Assembly: GCA_017883065.1 (NCBI GenBank)
Contig: JADGOG010000001.1
Span: 1 to 61,933 of the forward strand
Source: Acidimicrobiales bacterium
Lineage (GTDB): Bacteria; Actinomycetota; Acidimicrobiia; Acidimicrobiales; RAAP-2
Length of the DNA: 61,933 nucleotides
Reading direction: 5' to 3'
Made by a program: the position numbers and the translations under genes. Positions 18,514 to 27,137 of the stretch are shown here, piece after piece (positions within the stretch are counted from its first letter, which is position 1; every line of letters begins with the position of its first letter). Under the pieces are notes generated by a model. It searched no databases. It had not been told where the DNA came from and was given only the letters and a program-made list of their open reading frames with translations.

Positions 18514-19608
18514 ATGACCGGGATCCACCAATTCGTCCCCATGCTCCATCGACACGATGCTGTGGGAGTGCACACGCGCACCCTCCGCGACCGGGTAGTG
18601 GCGGCAGGGATGTCCTCGCGCATCTACACGGAGATCCCCGATCCACTCACCCGCGACGAGACACGGCCCTACCTCGACTACGAGTCGGAGTGCGAGCCCG
18701 GTGACGTGCTCGTCTACCAATTCGCCACCCAGTCCGTCGTCGCCGATTGGGTGGCCGACCGTCCCGAGCCGGTGGTCCTCGACTACCACAGCATCACCCC
18801 GCCCGAGTTCTTCGGTCCATGGAACAACGGGATCACCCGTGGCCAGGTCGGAGCCCTGCACCAGCTGGCCCGGATGGCGCCCAAGGCGCGGCTGGGGATC
18901 GCCCACTCGCAATTCATCGCCGACGAGCTGCAGCGGGCCGGATGCGCGCTGACCACGGTCATTCCGGTGGCCGGCGTGCCGGTGCCCCCCACGGAGCCGA
19001 GTGCTGACACGGTGGCGTGGCTGCGGTCCCGTCGGCAGGGTGCAGGTCATCAGTGGCTGTCGGTCGGCCGTCTGGCGCCGAACAAGCGTCACGAGCAGAC
19101 CATCGCCGCCCTCTTCGTCGCCCGGACCTCTTCGGACCCTGGAGCGTGCCTGACCATTGTGGGATCGCCGACCGAGGCCTCCTATGCCCGGGCGCTGCGG
19201 ACGTACGCGGCGGCACTCGGTCTGGCCGACGCCGTCGTCTTCGTGTCAGGTATCAGCGACGAGGACCTGGCCGCGCACTACCGGACCGCCGACGTCCTGG
19301 TGATGCTCTCTGATCACGAGGGGTTCGGGGTGCCCCTGGTCGAGGCGATGGGTCACGGCCTCCCCGTCGTCGCCTATGACGGGGGTGCGGTCGGGGAGAT
19401 CCTCGGTGGGGCGGGGACCCTCCTCGGCACCAAGCATCCACGCCTGGTGGCGGACCAGGTGGCCGGGCTGCTGGCCGATGCGGAAGCGGTAGAGGAGCGG
19501 CGACGGGCGGGCAGGTCGCGCTTCGATGCGTTGGGCCTGGCCGACGTCGGTGATCGCCTGTTCGAGGCGGTCCTGAGCGCCTCTCGACCCGGTCCGAGAG
19601 ATCCCTGA
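18514..19608 (+). CDS. glycosyltransferase family 4 (GTa paralog 2)
   Basis: The start is chosen at the ATG at 18514 (MTGIHQFVPML..) because it aligns with the MTAIHQFVPAL of paralog 1; a GTG at 18505 is also possible. ..LSDHEGFGVPLVEAMGHGLPVVAYDGGAVGEIL.. Confidence 0.85.
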   Translation: MTGIHQFVPMLHRHDAVGVHTRTLRDRVVAAGMSSRIYTEIPDPLTRDETRPYLDYESECEPGDVLVYQFATQSVVADWVADRPEPVVLDYHSITPPEFFGPWNNGITRGQVGALHQLARMAPKARLGIAHSQFIADELQRAGCALTTVIPVAGVPVPPTEPSADTVAWLRSRRQGAGHQWLSVGRLAPNKRHEQTIAALFVARTSSDPGACLTIVGSPTEASYARALRTYAAALGLADAVVFVSGISDEDLAAHYRTADVLVMLSDHEGFGVPLVEAMGHGLPVVAYDGGAVGEILGGAGTLLGTKHPRLVADQVAGLLADAEAVEERRRAGRSRFDALGLADVGDRLFEAVLSASRPGPRDP

Positions 19609-19672
19609 CGGGGACCGGGTCCGGTCCGGGCCTGCGTCCGTGGGCAGACCTGAGCCACTAGGCTCTGGCCGC

Positions 19673-20341
19673 ATGGACGACACCCGCCACTTGGCTCTGC
19701 ACGCCTCCACCCCCCTCAGTGAGGGCCGTTCCCTCGAGATGCAGTCCGGTGCCGAGGTCGGTCCGGGCACCGACATCTTCCAGCGGCTGCTCAAGGAGCG
19801 GATCGTGTTCATCGGCTCGGCCATCGACCAGAACACCGCCAACCTTGTCTGCTCCCAGCTGATCCTGCTCGAGGCCGAGAATCAGGAGCGGGACATCTCG
19901 GTGTACATCAACTCGCCCGGTGGTTCGGTGACCGACGGCCTGGCCATCTACGACACCATGCAGTACGTGCGCTGCGACGTGCGCACCATCTGCGTGGGCC
20001 TGGCTGCGTCGATGGGCCAGTTCCTGCTGTGCGCCGGCACCCCGGGCAAGCGCTTCGCCCTGCCCCACAGCCGCATCCTCATGCACCAGCCCTCGGGCGG
20101 CATGCAGGGCCAGGCCTCCGACATCGCCATCCAGGCCGAGCAGATCATGTACCTGAAGCGGATGATGGCCGAACGCATCGCCTTCCACACCGGCCAGCCG
20201 CTGGAGCGGATCGAGGCGGACTCCGACCGTGACCGTTGGTTCACCGCCGAGGAGGCACAGGAGTACGGCTTCATCGACGAGGTCATCCAGAAGGACGCCA
20301 TGGACGTCCCGACTGCCGGGGCGGGGGCTGCCGGCAAGTGA
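19673..20341 (+). CDS. clpP: ATP-dependent Clp protease proteolytic subunit ClpP (ClpP1-like)
   Basis: [18 protein letters not shown]...[64 protein letters not shown]. The Ser (AASMG), His (MHQP) and Asp (DRD) triad positions are all present. The start is uncertain (GTG 19640, ATG 19673, or the internal ATG giving MQSGAEVG). Confidence 0.9.
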   Translation: MDDTRHLALHASTPLSEGRSLEMQSGAEVGPGTDIFQRLLKERIVFIGSAIDQNTANLVCSQLILLEAENQERDISVYINSPGGSVTDGLAIYDTMQYVRCDVRTICVGLAASMGQFLLCAGTPGKRFALPHSRILMHQPSGGMQGQASDIAIQAEQIMYLKRMMAERIAFHTGQPLERIEADSDRDRWFTAEEAQEYGFIDEVIQKDAMDVPTAGAGAAGK

Positions 20342-21324
20342 GCCTCAGCGTCGACCGGCCCCCAGGGTCGGAGCCCGAGCACGTCGCCACCATCGGGGGC
20401 AGCACCCGGTTCGTCCCCGGGCAGAGCCACGACCGGATCACCGTGGTCAACGGGAAGGTCGAGCTGGGCCGCAGGCTGAAGGATCTCTGGACCAACCGCG
20501 ACCTGCTGATCCTGCTCACCCGTACCGAGCTGAAGGTGAAGTACAAGAACTCGGTGCTCGGCTACGTGTGGTCGATGCTGAATCCGGCTCTGGTGCTGGG
20601 CATCTACTACGTGATCTTCAAGGTCATCGCCAAGACCTACCAGCCCCACTTCGCCATCTGGTTGTTCTGCGGTCTGCTGGTGTGGAACCTGTTCAACAAC
20701 GCGGCCATGGGCTCCACCACGGTGGTGGTGGGCAAGGCCGGGATCATCAAGAAGGTGGCGTTCCCGCGTGAACTCCTGGCCCTCTCGACGGTCGGGGTGG
20801 CCATGGTGCTCTTCGCCATCCAGGTGGTGGTGCTGGCTGTCTTCCTGCTGATCTTCCAACTCGTCCCGGACTGGCAGGCCATGATCCTCCTGCCACTGGC
20901 CCTGGTCACGCTGATCATCTTCACCAGTGCGGTGTCGATCTTCCTGTCGGCCGCCAACGTCTACCTACGTGACACCCAGCACCTCACCGAGGTGCTGTTG
21001 ATGGCGTGGTTCTGGGGAACGCCGATCGTCTATCCGTACGGCCAGGTCCAGAGCCACCTCGCCAACTGGCACCTGACCTGGCTCTACCTGGCCAACCCGA
21101 TCGCTCCGATCGCCATGTCCTTCCAGCGCGCCATCTATGGACAGACCTCTTACATCGCTTCCCAGAACAATCCGACCCACAAGGTCACGCCACTGCTCCC
21201 GAACGTCCCGCTGACCCAGTACGCGGCACTGCTTGGCATCATGTTCGTGGTGAGCATCGGGCTGTTCCTGGCGTCCCTGATCGTCTTCGGTCGGCTCGAG
21301 GGCAACTTCGCCGAGGAGCTCTGA
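20338..21324 (+). CDS. wzm: ABC-2 type polysaccharide/O-antigen export permease (Wzm-like)
   Basis: LWTNRDLLILLTRTELKVKYKNSVLGYVWSMLNPALVLGIYYVIF is the ABC-2 N-terminal signature, followed by about 6 hydrophobic spans. The start must lie upstream of that motif. The GTG at 20338 overlaps the clpP stop (GTGA). The ATG at 20236 would overlap clpP by about 100 nt. The exact start is uncertain. Confidence 0.8.
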   Translation: MSLSVDRPPGSEPEHVATIGGSTRFVPGQSHDRITVVNGKVELGRRLKDLWTNRDLLILLTRTELKVKYKNSVLGYVWSMLNPALVLGIYYVIFKVIAKTYQPHFAIWLFCGLLVWNLFNNAAMGSTTVVVGKAGIIKKVAFPRELLALSTVGVAMVLFAIQVVVLAVFLLIFQLVPDWQAMILLPLALVTLIIFTSAVSIFLSAANVYLRDTQHLTEVLLMAWFWGTPIVYPYGQVQSHLANWHLTWLYLANPIAPIAMSFQRAIYGQTSYIASQNNPTHKVTPLLPNVPLTQYAALLGIMFVVSIGLFLASLIVFGRLEGNFAEEL

Positions 21325-21327
21325 CCG

Positions 21328-22596
21328 GTGAGCGTCGCCATCGAGATCCGTGACATCTCCAAGCAGTTCCGCCTCTACAACGAGAAGCACACCTCGCTGA
21401 AGGAGCGGGTCATCCACGGCGGCAAGATGCCCTTCACCCCGTTCTGGGCACTGAAGAACATCACCGTCGACATCAACCAGGGGGAGACCTTCGGGATCCT
21501 CGGCCGGAACGGCTGCGGCAAGTCGACCCTGCTCAAGTGCGTGGCCGGCATCATCAAGCCGACCTCCGGCGAGATCAGGGTCCGGGGCAGCCTGGCCGCC
21601 ATGCTGGAGCTCGGAGCCGGCTTCCAGCCCGACCTCTCCGGTCGGGACAACATCTACCTCAACGGGTCGTTGCTCGGCCTCTCTCACTCGGAGATCGAGA
21701 AGCGGTTCGACGACATCGTTGCCTTCGCCGAGCTCGAGGAGTTCATCGACAACCAGGTCAAATTCTACTCGTCAGGCATGTACGTCCGACTTGGCTTCGC
21801 GGTGGCCGTCAACGTCGAACCCGATGTGCTGTTGGTCGATGAGGTGCTCGCAGTGGGGGACGCCAACTTCCAGCGCAAGTGCCTCGACCACGTGAAGAAG
21901 TTCCAACGCGAAGGTCGGACCATCGTGGTGGTCAGCCACGGCACCGACACCATTCGTCAGAACTGCAACCGGGTGATGGTGATGAACCATGGCCAGGTCA
22001 TCACCGTGGACGAACCCGGTGAGGGGATCCGGGTGTACATGGCCGACCTGCTCGGCGTGGGTACCCTCGAAGGTTCCGAATCGGGGGGAATCGAGGGGAA
22101 TGTTCTCGCCATCGGCACCGTCCAGGCCGAACACGGCGGCAGCGGAAGTCGGCCCCACATGTACGCCGGTGAGTCGTTGACCGTCACCGCCGATGTGGAC
22201 AGCCTGGCTGCCGTCCCCGACGCCATGGCCACGGTGGCCATCCATGACGACAGGAACGAGCTGGTCTTCGCCTCCGATCCCGATGATCCGGCATGCCAGA
22301 TGGAGATCCCCGAGGGTGGGGGGATCGTCCGGTTCTTCTTCCCGGAGGTGCCGTTGCTCGACGGCACCTACTCGGTCAGCGTGGGAGTCCGCAGCGAGAA
22401 GCAGACGGCCATCTTCGACTGGAAGGACCAGGTCACCCAGTTCGAGGTGGCCAATCCCGGTCGCACCACCGGTCGGGTGCGGCTCCCGCTCGACGTCAGC
22501 TTCCGGCTCCGCTCCAGCGGCCACACAGGAGAGGTTCCCGTGGTGAGTGGCATCCCGTTCGCCCCGTTGGCCGGATGGGAAGAGTCATCCGCGTGA
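21328..22596 (+). CDS. wzt: polysaccharide ABC exporter ATP-binding protein with extended C-terminal domain (Wzt-like)
   Basis: 422 aa with a GTG start 4 nt after the wzm stop. Walker A GRNGCGKSTLLK, signature YSSGMYVRLGFAVA, Walker B LLVDEVLAVGD. About 170 extra C-terminal residues (..LTVTADVDSL..VAIHDDRNELVF..DGTYSVSVGV..FEVANPG) resemble the Wzt carbohydrate-binding beta-sandwich. Confidence 0.9.
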   Translation: MSVAIEIRDISKQFRLYNEKHTSLKERVIHGGKMPFTPFWALKNITVDINQGETFGILGRNGCGKSTLLKCVAGIIKPTSGEIRVRGSLAAMLELGAGFQPDLSGRDNIYLNGSLLGLSHSEIEKRFDDIVAFAELEEFIDNQVKFYSSGMYVRLGFAVAVNVEPDVLLVDEVLAVGDANFQRKCLDHVKKFQREGRTIVVVSHGTDTIRQNCNRVMVMNHGQVITVDEPGEGIRVYMADLLGVGTLEGSESGGIEGNVLAIGTVQAEHGGSGSRPHMYAGESLTVTADVDSLAAVPDAMATVAIHDDRNELVFASDPDDPACQMEIPEGGGIVRFFFPEVPLLDGTYSVSVGVRSEKQTAIFDWKDQVTQFEVANPGRTTGRVRLPLDVSFRLRSSGHTGEVPVVSGIPFAPLAGWEESSA

Positions 22597-22603
22597 ACTG
22601 CCG

Positions 22604-23692
22604 GTGACGGTCAAGCGCATCGACCAGGTGATCCCGACACTGGCCAGTCGTGACGCCATCGGGGGACACGTCGTCCAACTGCGGGACCTGTTGCGCTCGC
22701 GGGGCTACCAGTCGGACATCTTCTACGGCCAAGCCTCGCCGGACCGCCTCGACTTCGGGCTGCCGGTCAGCCGCCTGGGGGACAAGTCGTCGAACGGCCG
22801 GGTCCTCATCTACCAGCTGTCCATCGGAAGCGGCGTCGCCGACATCTTCCGCCAGCGCAGTGAGCGGAAGTTCGTGAATTACCACAACATCACACCGGCC
22901 GACCTCCTCGAGGCGTGGGTACCGGCGGTGGGTGAAGAGGTGCGCTGGGGACGGGCCCAGCTGCGCGACCTCGCCCCGGTCACCGAATTCGCCATCGCCG
23001 ACTCGATGTTCAACGAACGCGAGCTCCAGGTGGCCGGGTACCGGTCGACCACCACGGTGCCCCTGTTGATCGACCTCGACGGCTTTTCCGGGACCCCCGA
23101 CCCGGTGCTCGCAGAGCGCCTCGCCGCGCAGAAGGCGGCCGGCGGGACGGATCTGTTGTTCGTCGGGAAGGTCTCCCCCCACAAGGGCCAGGATGACCTG
23201 GTCAAGGCGCTCGCCACCTACAGGCGCCTGTACGACCCGGACGCCCGCCTCCACCTGGTCGGTGGAGCCATCAGCGAGGAGTACCAGAACGCCCTCGAGC
23301 GGTTCGCCGACGAATTGGGGCTGCTCGACGCGGTGGAGATCGCCGGATCGGTCACCCACGAGGAGCTGATCGCCTACTACACCGGTGCGGACGCCTTCGT
23401 GTGCCTCTCCAATCACGAGGGCTTCTGCGTTCCCCTCCTCGAGGCGATGTACCACCGCCTCCCGATCGTGGCGCACACCACGACTGCAGTCCCCGAGACG
23501 GTGCAGGGTGCGGGGTTGATCCTGCCCAACAAGGAACCAGCCCGGGTGGCCGCGGCCATCAACCGGGTGGTCACCGATGCAACGTTGCGTTCAGCGCTGG
23601 CCCGGGCGGCCTCCGAGCGGGTCGAGACGTTCGCCCTGCCCCGGGTGCAGGACGGGTTCGCCTCGGCCCTCGAGGCTGCCTGCGCCGCGTGA
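22604..23692 (+). CDS. glycosyltransferase family 4 (GTa paralog 3)
   Basis: The track ORF 22547-23692 is trimmed to the GTG at 22604, just after the wzt stop. VTVKRIDQVIPTLASRDAIGGH.. aligns with the other GTa N-termini. ..LSNHEGFCVPLLEAMYHRLPIVAHTTTAVPETV.. Confidence 0.85.
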   Translation: MTVKRIDQVIPTLASRDAIGGHVVQLRDLLRSRGYQSDIFYGQASPDRLDFGLPVSRLGDKSSNGRVLIYQLSIGSGVADIFRQRSERKFVNYHNITPADLLEAWVPAVGEEVRWGRAQLRDLAPVTEFAIADSMFNERELQVAGYRSTTTVPLLIDLDGFSGTPDPVLAERLAAQKAAGGTDLLFVGKVSPHKGQDDLVKALATYRRLYDPDARLHLVGGAISEEYQNALERFADELGLLDAVEIAGSVTHEELIAYYTGADAFVCLSNHEGFCVPLLEAMYHRLPIVAHTTTAVPETVQGAGLILPNKEPARVAAAINRVVTDATLRSALARAASERVETFALPRVQDGFASALEAACAA

Positions 23693-23783
23693 GTGCCCAC
23701 TCGAGTGCGCATCCCGCCCGCCCGTAGCCGCCGTGGCTGCGGCCTACCGACGATGGTGCATGCTCGATGACAGCGGTGCTCCG

Positions 23784-24989
23784 ATGAAGGTGTCGTTCGT
23801 CGTCCCGCGCTACGGGCCGAGCATCATCGGCGGAGCGGAGACGGCGGCGCGCCTGCTGGCCGAGCATCTGGTGGCACAGAAGGGCTGGGAGGTAGAAGTC
23901 CTCACCAGCTGTGCCGAGGACTTCGTCACCTGGGCCGACGCGCTGTCCGAGGGACCCGACGTGATCAACGGGGTCACCGTGCGGAGGTTCCGGTCCGAGT
24001 CCGGTCGACACCCCTCGTTCCATCCGCTCTCCGCCTCGCTCCTGGCCGACCCGGCCAACGCCTCGCTGGACGACGCCCAACGCTGGGTGGACCTGCAGGG
24101 GCCGGTGGTCCCCGGGCTGGTCGACGCCGCCGTTCGGACTGACGCCGACGTGCTGGTGTTCTATCCCTACTTGTACCATCCGACCGTCCGGGTCATCGAC
24201 CGGGTATCGGTCCCGACCATCCTCCATCCGGCGGCCCACGACGAACCCGCCCTCCGGTTGCCGGTCTTCCCGGCGGTGTTCGCCGCCGCGGACGGGCTGG
24301 TGTTCCAGACATCGGCCGAGCGTGCCCTGGTTCAGGAGCTGTTCCCGGTGGCCACCCATCGCCAACTGCTTCTCGGATTGGGCGTGGACGATCCCGATCT
24401 CCTCCCGGACGGCGGTGTCGAGGAGGGGACGGACGTGTCGTCAGGAGGAGGAGCGGTGAGGGCAGATCCCTACGTGCTGTGTCTGGGGAGGATCGATCGG
24501 CACAAGGGCACGTCACTCCTGGCCGATCTGTTCGCCGCCTACGCCGACCGTCACGGGGGAAGCCTCCGACTGGTGCTGGCCGGCCCGGTGATCGACGCCC
24601 CACCTCCCCATCCGCGGATCGATGTCCTGGGTCCGGTCACGGACGTGGAGAAGTGGTCGCTGCTCCGTGGAGCGCAGGCCCTGGTGTCGCCGTCGGCCTG
24701 GGAGGCGTTCTCCTTGGTGGTGGCCGAGGCGTGGAGCGCCCGGACGCCGGTGTTGGTGAACGCCGCATGTGCGGCCACCGTCGAACACTGTCGTCGATCA
24801 GGAGGGGGACTCACGTTCGCCGGGTACGGCGAGTTCGAGGCGGCCATCGACCTGCTGACACTCGATGATCGGGCGAGGGCCTCGTTCGGCCACCGGGGAC
24901 GCCGCTACGTCGACCAGTGGTTCCGTTGGCCCCGGGTGATCGACCGGTACGCCGCGTTCATCGAGTCCGTGGTGGGGACGCCCCGCTGA
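23784..24989 (+). CDS. glycosyltransferase family 4 (GTb paralog 2)
   Basis: The track ORF 23577-24989 is trimmed to the ATG at 23784. MKVSFVVPRYGPSIIGGAETAARLLAEHL.. parallels 16262. ..PSAWEAFSLVVAEAWSARTPVLVNAACAATVEHCRRSGGGL.. An alternative ATG lies at 23760. Confidence 0.85.
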   Translation: MKVSFVVPRYGPSIIGGAETAARLLAEHLVAQKGWEVEVLTSCAEDFVTWADALSEGPDVINGVTVRRFRSESGRHPSFHPLSASLLADPANASLDDAQRWVDLQGPVVPGLVDAAVRTDADVLVFYPYLYHPTVRVIDRVSVPTILHPAAHDEPALRLPVFPAVFAAADGLVFQTSAERALVQELFPVATHRQLLLGLGVDDPDLLPDGGVEEGTDVSSGGGAVRADPYVLCLGRIDRHKGTSLLADLFAAYADRHGGSLRLVLAGPVIDAPPPHPRIDVLGPVTDVEKWSLLRGAQALVSPSAWEAFSLVVAEAWSARTPVLVNAACAATVEHCRRSGGGLTFAGYGEFEAAIDLLTLDDRARASFGHRGRRYVDQWFRWPRVIDRYAAFIESVVGTPR

Positions 24990-26912
24990 TCAGACCCCGT
25001 GGCCCAACGGACGCGGTCCGGAGTTGACCAGGACCGGCACGCCGAGGATGGACACTCCCGGCCGGACACGCCACACCCGATAGCCACCGATGTCGGTGGT
25101 GGCCACCGAGACGGCGTCGCCGTTGGACGTGAGTGCCTCCAGGCCCGGCAGCGCAGGCGAAGCCACCAACAGGACGGAGCCGCCCGGAGCCACGGTGAGT
25201 TGGGAAGGCGGCGTGTAGAACAGGCCACCACCGAGTTCGTTGTACATCACCTGGTTGGTGCCGACGAGTGCGATCCGGGCGCCGGGAAGCTCCCACCCGG
25301 CATTGCGGTAGATGTTCTGGCCCCCGTCGATGGTGTCGAACACCACCACGTCCCGCCCGGTGTGGACCACCGATCCGAGGTCGCCGAGTGCGGCGTCCAT
25401 CGAGTCGGCCAGCCGGATCGATGCCGCAGTGGTGGCGTAGGGCGCCTGATAGCGCGGCTGGTCGAGCCAGAGGGACGAGGAGCCCTGGGTCCACTCCGGC
25501 GGGATGGCGGCGACCGCACTGACGAAACGCTGCGCCCCGACCAGGGCCACCGCACCGACGGTCAGCGAGGTGAGCACCACCCAGGTCGGTGAGAGGCGAC
25601 GCCTGTCTGACGTCCGCCGGTTGAGCGCGCCCAGTGGCAGCAGGAGGGCGATCACGGCAGCAGGTAGATAGGCCAACAAGTAGCCACCCTTGGCGAACTG
25701 GATGACGGTAACGAGCAGCACCGGAGGCACGATGGCCGCACCGAGTACCGCGGTGCGCGACCGGTACCAGGGTCGTCCGGGGCGGGTGCCCGCCGGAGCG
25801 GTCTCCCCGGTATGGGCCGCGGTCGACGAGGCGTCGGGATCGGTCAGCGGTCCACTGCTGTCCATCCCTCGGTGGGCGATGGCCGAGATGGTTCGACGGA
25901 CCAGGAGGAGCAGTCCGGCCAGGAGGGCGAGCGCGGCCAAGGGGGCGAGTGCCAGGGAGGTGTAGGCGGCGAAGGTGCCGAAGTTGGTGGCGGTCCCGGT
26001 GGCATGGTCGAGGACGGAGGTCTGTTGTGCCGCCCCCGACACCTCCAGCCGTGTGGCGTGCAGCCAGGCATGGAATCCCCCCGGTTGACTGGCCAGCATG
26101 GGCACGAACCATGATCCGCTGGCCACGATGCCGACGACCACGGTGATCCCCAGGCGGCTCAGGCGACGGGTCGAGCCGATCACCGCCAGCAGCGCCAGTA
26201 GGGCGAATGCCGTCACGATCGACTGGCGGAAGCCGGCCAGCACGCCGAGGGCGGCTACCGCGTAGACGCCGTGCCAACTGTTCGGGCGCGCCCGCCAGGC
26301 GAAGATCACCAGCAGCGAGCAGGCCACCATGTCGAAGGAGTAGGTGGCCACGATGGACCCGCTGAACCAGGCGAACGGCGACAGCGCCACCACGACGCCC
26401 GCCACCAGTCCGACCCAACCACCTCCGAGATCACGGCCGGCGACCGTGGTCAACCCCACGGCCAGGGCGGAGGCCAGGGCGGACACCAGGACCAGGCCGG
26501 CGATCGTGCCCATGCCGGTGACGGAGTGGAGCAGCCGTCCCGATTCCACGTAGAGCCAGTACCCGGGTGGCTGGGGCTGACCGTGGGTGATGTCAAAATG
26601 CCGCACCGCCGAGGCATACTGGGCCGAGTCCCAGTCGGTCGGGCCGGTCGCTGCCGTGGCCAACCGGAGGGCCAGGGTGCCCAGGGCGAGGAGCCAAGGC
26701 ACCGCCGACCAGCGGTTCCGGCGGCGGTTGCGACGCTGCAGTTGCGCCCTGGTCAGTCGGGGAGCAGGCGCCGGGGACGCCTTCTCGTCGGGTTCGTCCT
26801 GGACGGACGGTGCCGGAAGGGGCGGGAGGGTGTCGGTCGGCCACCACGAGGGCACATCCTCCAGTGGGTCGAGAACCGGTGCTTCCGGGTGCCCGGTGAC
26901 GACGGAGACCAT
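24990..26912 (-). CDS. polytopic membrane protein, GT-C-like (DUF2723/PMT-like glycosyltransferase candidate)
   Basis: 640 aa. A cytoplasmic Arg-rich N-terminus is followed by at least 10 hydrophobic spans. The first loop is ..GPTDWDSAQYASAVRHFDITHGQPQPPGYWLYV.. (acidic loop plus a PPGY motif, as in GT-C mannosyltransferase-like families). A soluble C-terminal domain follows. Its stop abuts the stop of the convergent GT4 gene. Confidence 0.65.
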   Translation of the reverse strand: MVSVVTGHPEAPVLDPLEDVPSWWPTDTLPPLPAPSVQDEPDEKASPAPAPRLTRAQLQRRNRRRNRWSAVPWLLALGTLALRLATAATGPTDWDSAQYASAVRHFDITHGQPQPPGYWLYVESGRLLHSVTGMGTIAGLVLVSALASALAVGLTTVAGRDLGGGWVGLVAGVVVALSPFAWFSGSIVATYSFDMVACSLLVIFAWRARPNSWHGVYAVAALGVLAGFRQSIVTAFALLALLAVIGSTRRLSRLGITVVVGIVASGSWFVPMLASQPGGFHAWLHATRLEVSGAAQQTSVLDHATGTATNFGTFAAYTSLALAPLAALALLAGLLLLVRRTISAIAHRGMDSSGPLTDPDASSTAAHTGETAPAGTRPGRPWYRSRTAVLGAAIVPPVLLVTVIQFAKGGYLLAYLPAAVIALLLPLGALNRRTSDRRRLSPTWVVLTSLTVGAVALVGAQRFVSAVAAIPPEWTQGSSSLWLDQPRYQAPYATTAASIRLADSMDAALGDLGSVVHTGRDVVVFDTIDGGQNIYRNAGWELPGARIALVGTNQVMYNELGGGLFYTPPSQLTVAPGGSVLLVASPALPGLEALTSNGDAVSVATTDIGGYRVWRVRPGVSILGVPVLVNSGPRPLGHGV

Positions 26913-27137
26913 GTCAAAGGGTACCGATTGAGAGCGTCCACGACGGGTATACCCTCGACCGGGCAGGCGTGGGGAAGACGCCGGCCTGCCAATGACCGGT
27001 TCAGTTCCGGTCCCGATCCGCCGACACTTACAGGGTAGGGACGCCCGCGTGACCGGTCAGATCGACAGACGTGCCCATGACCTGCATCGAGGTGCCGACA
27101 CCGGCAGCCCAACCACCAGACTTCGAGGAGCCAACGC

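Noticed and set aside
19640-20341. ClpP in the glycan operon as a decayed pseudogene.
   Set aside because: The reading frame is intact and all three catalytic-triad contexts and the C-terminal ..[18 protein letters not shown].. segment are conserved.
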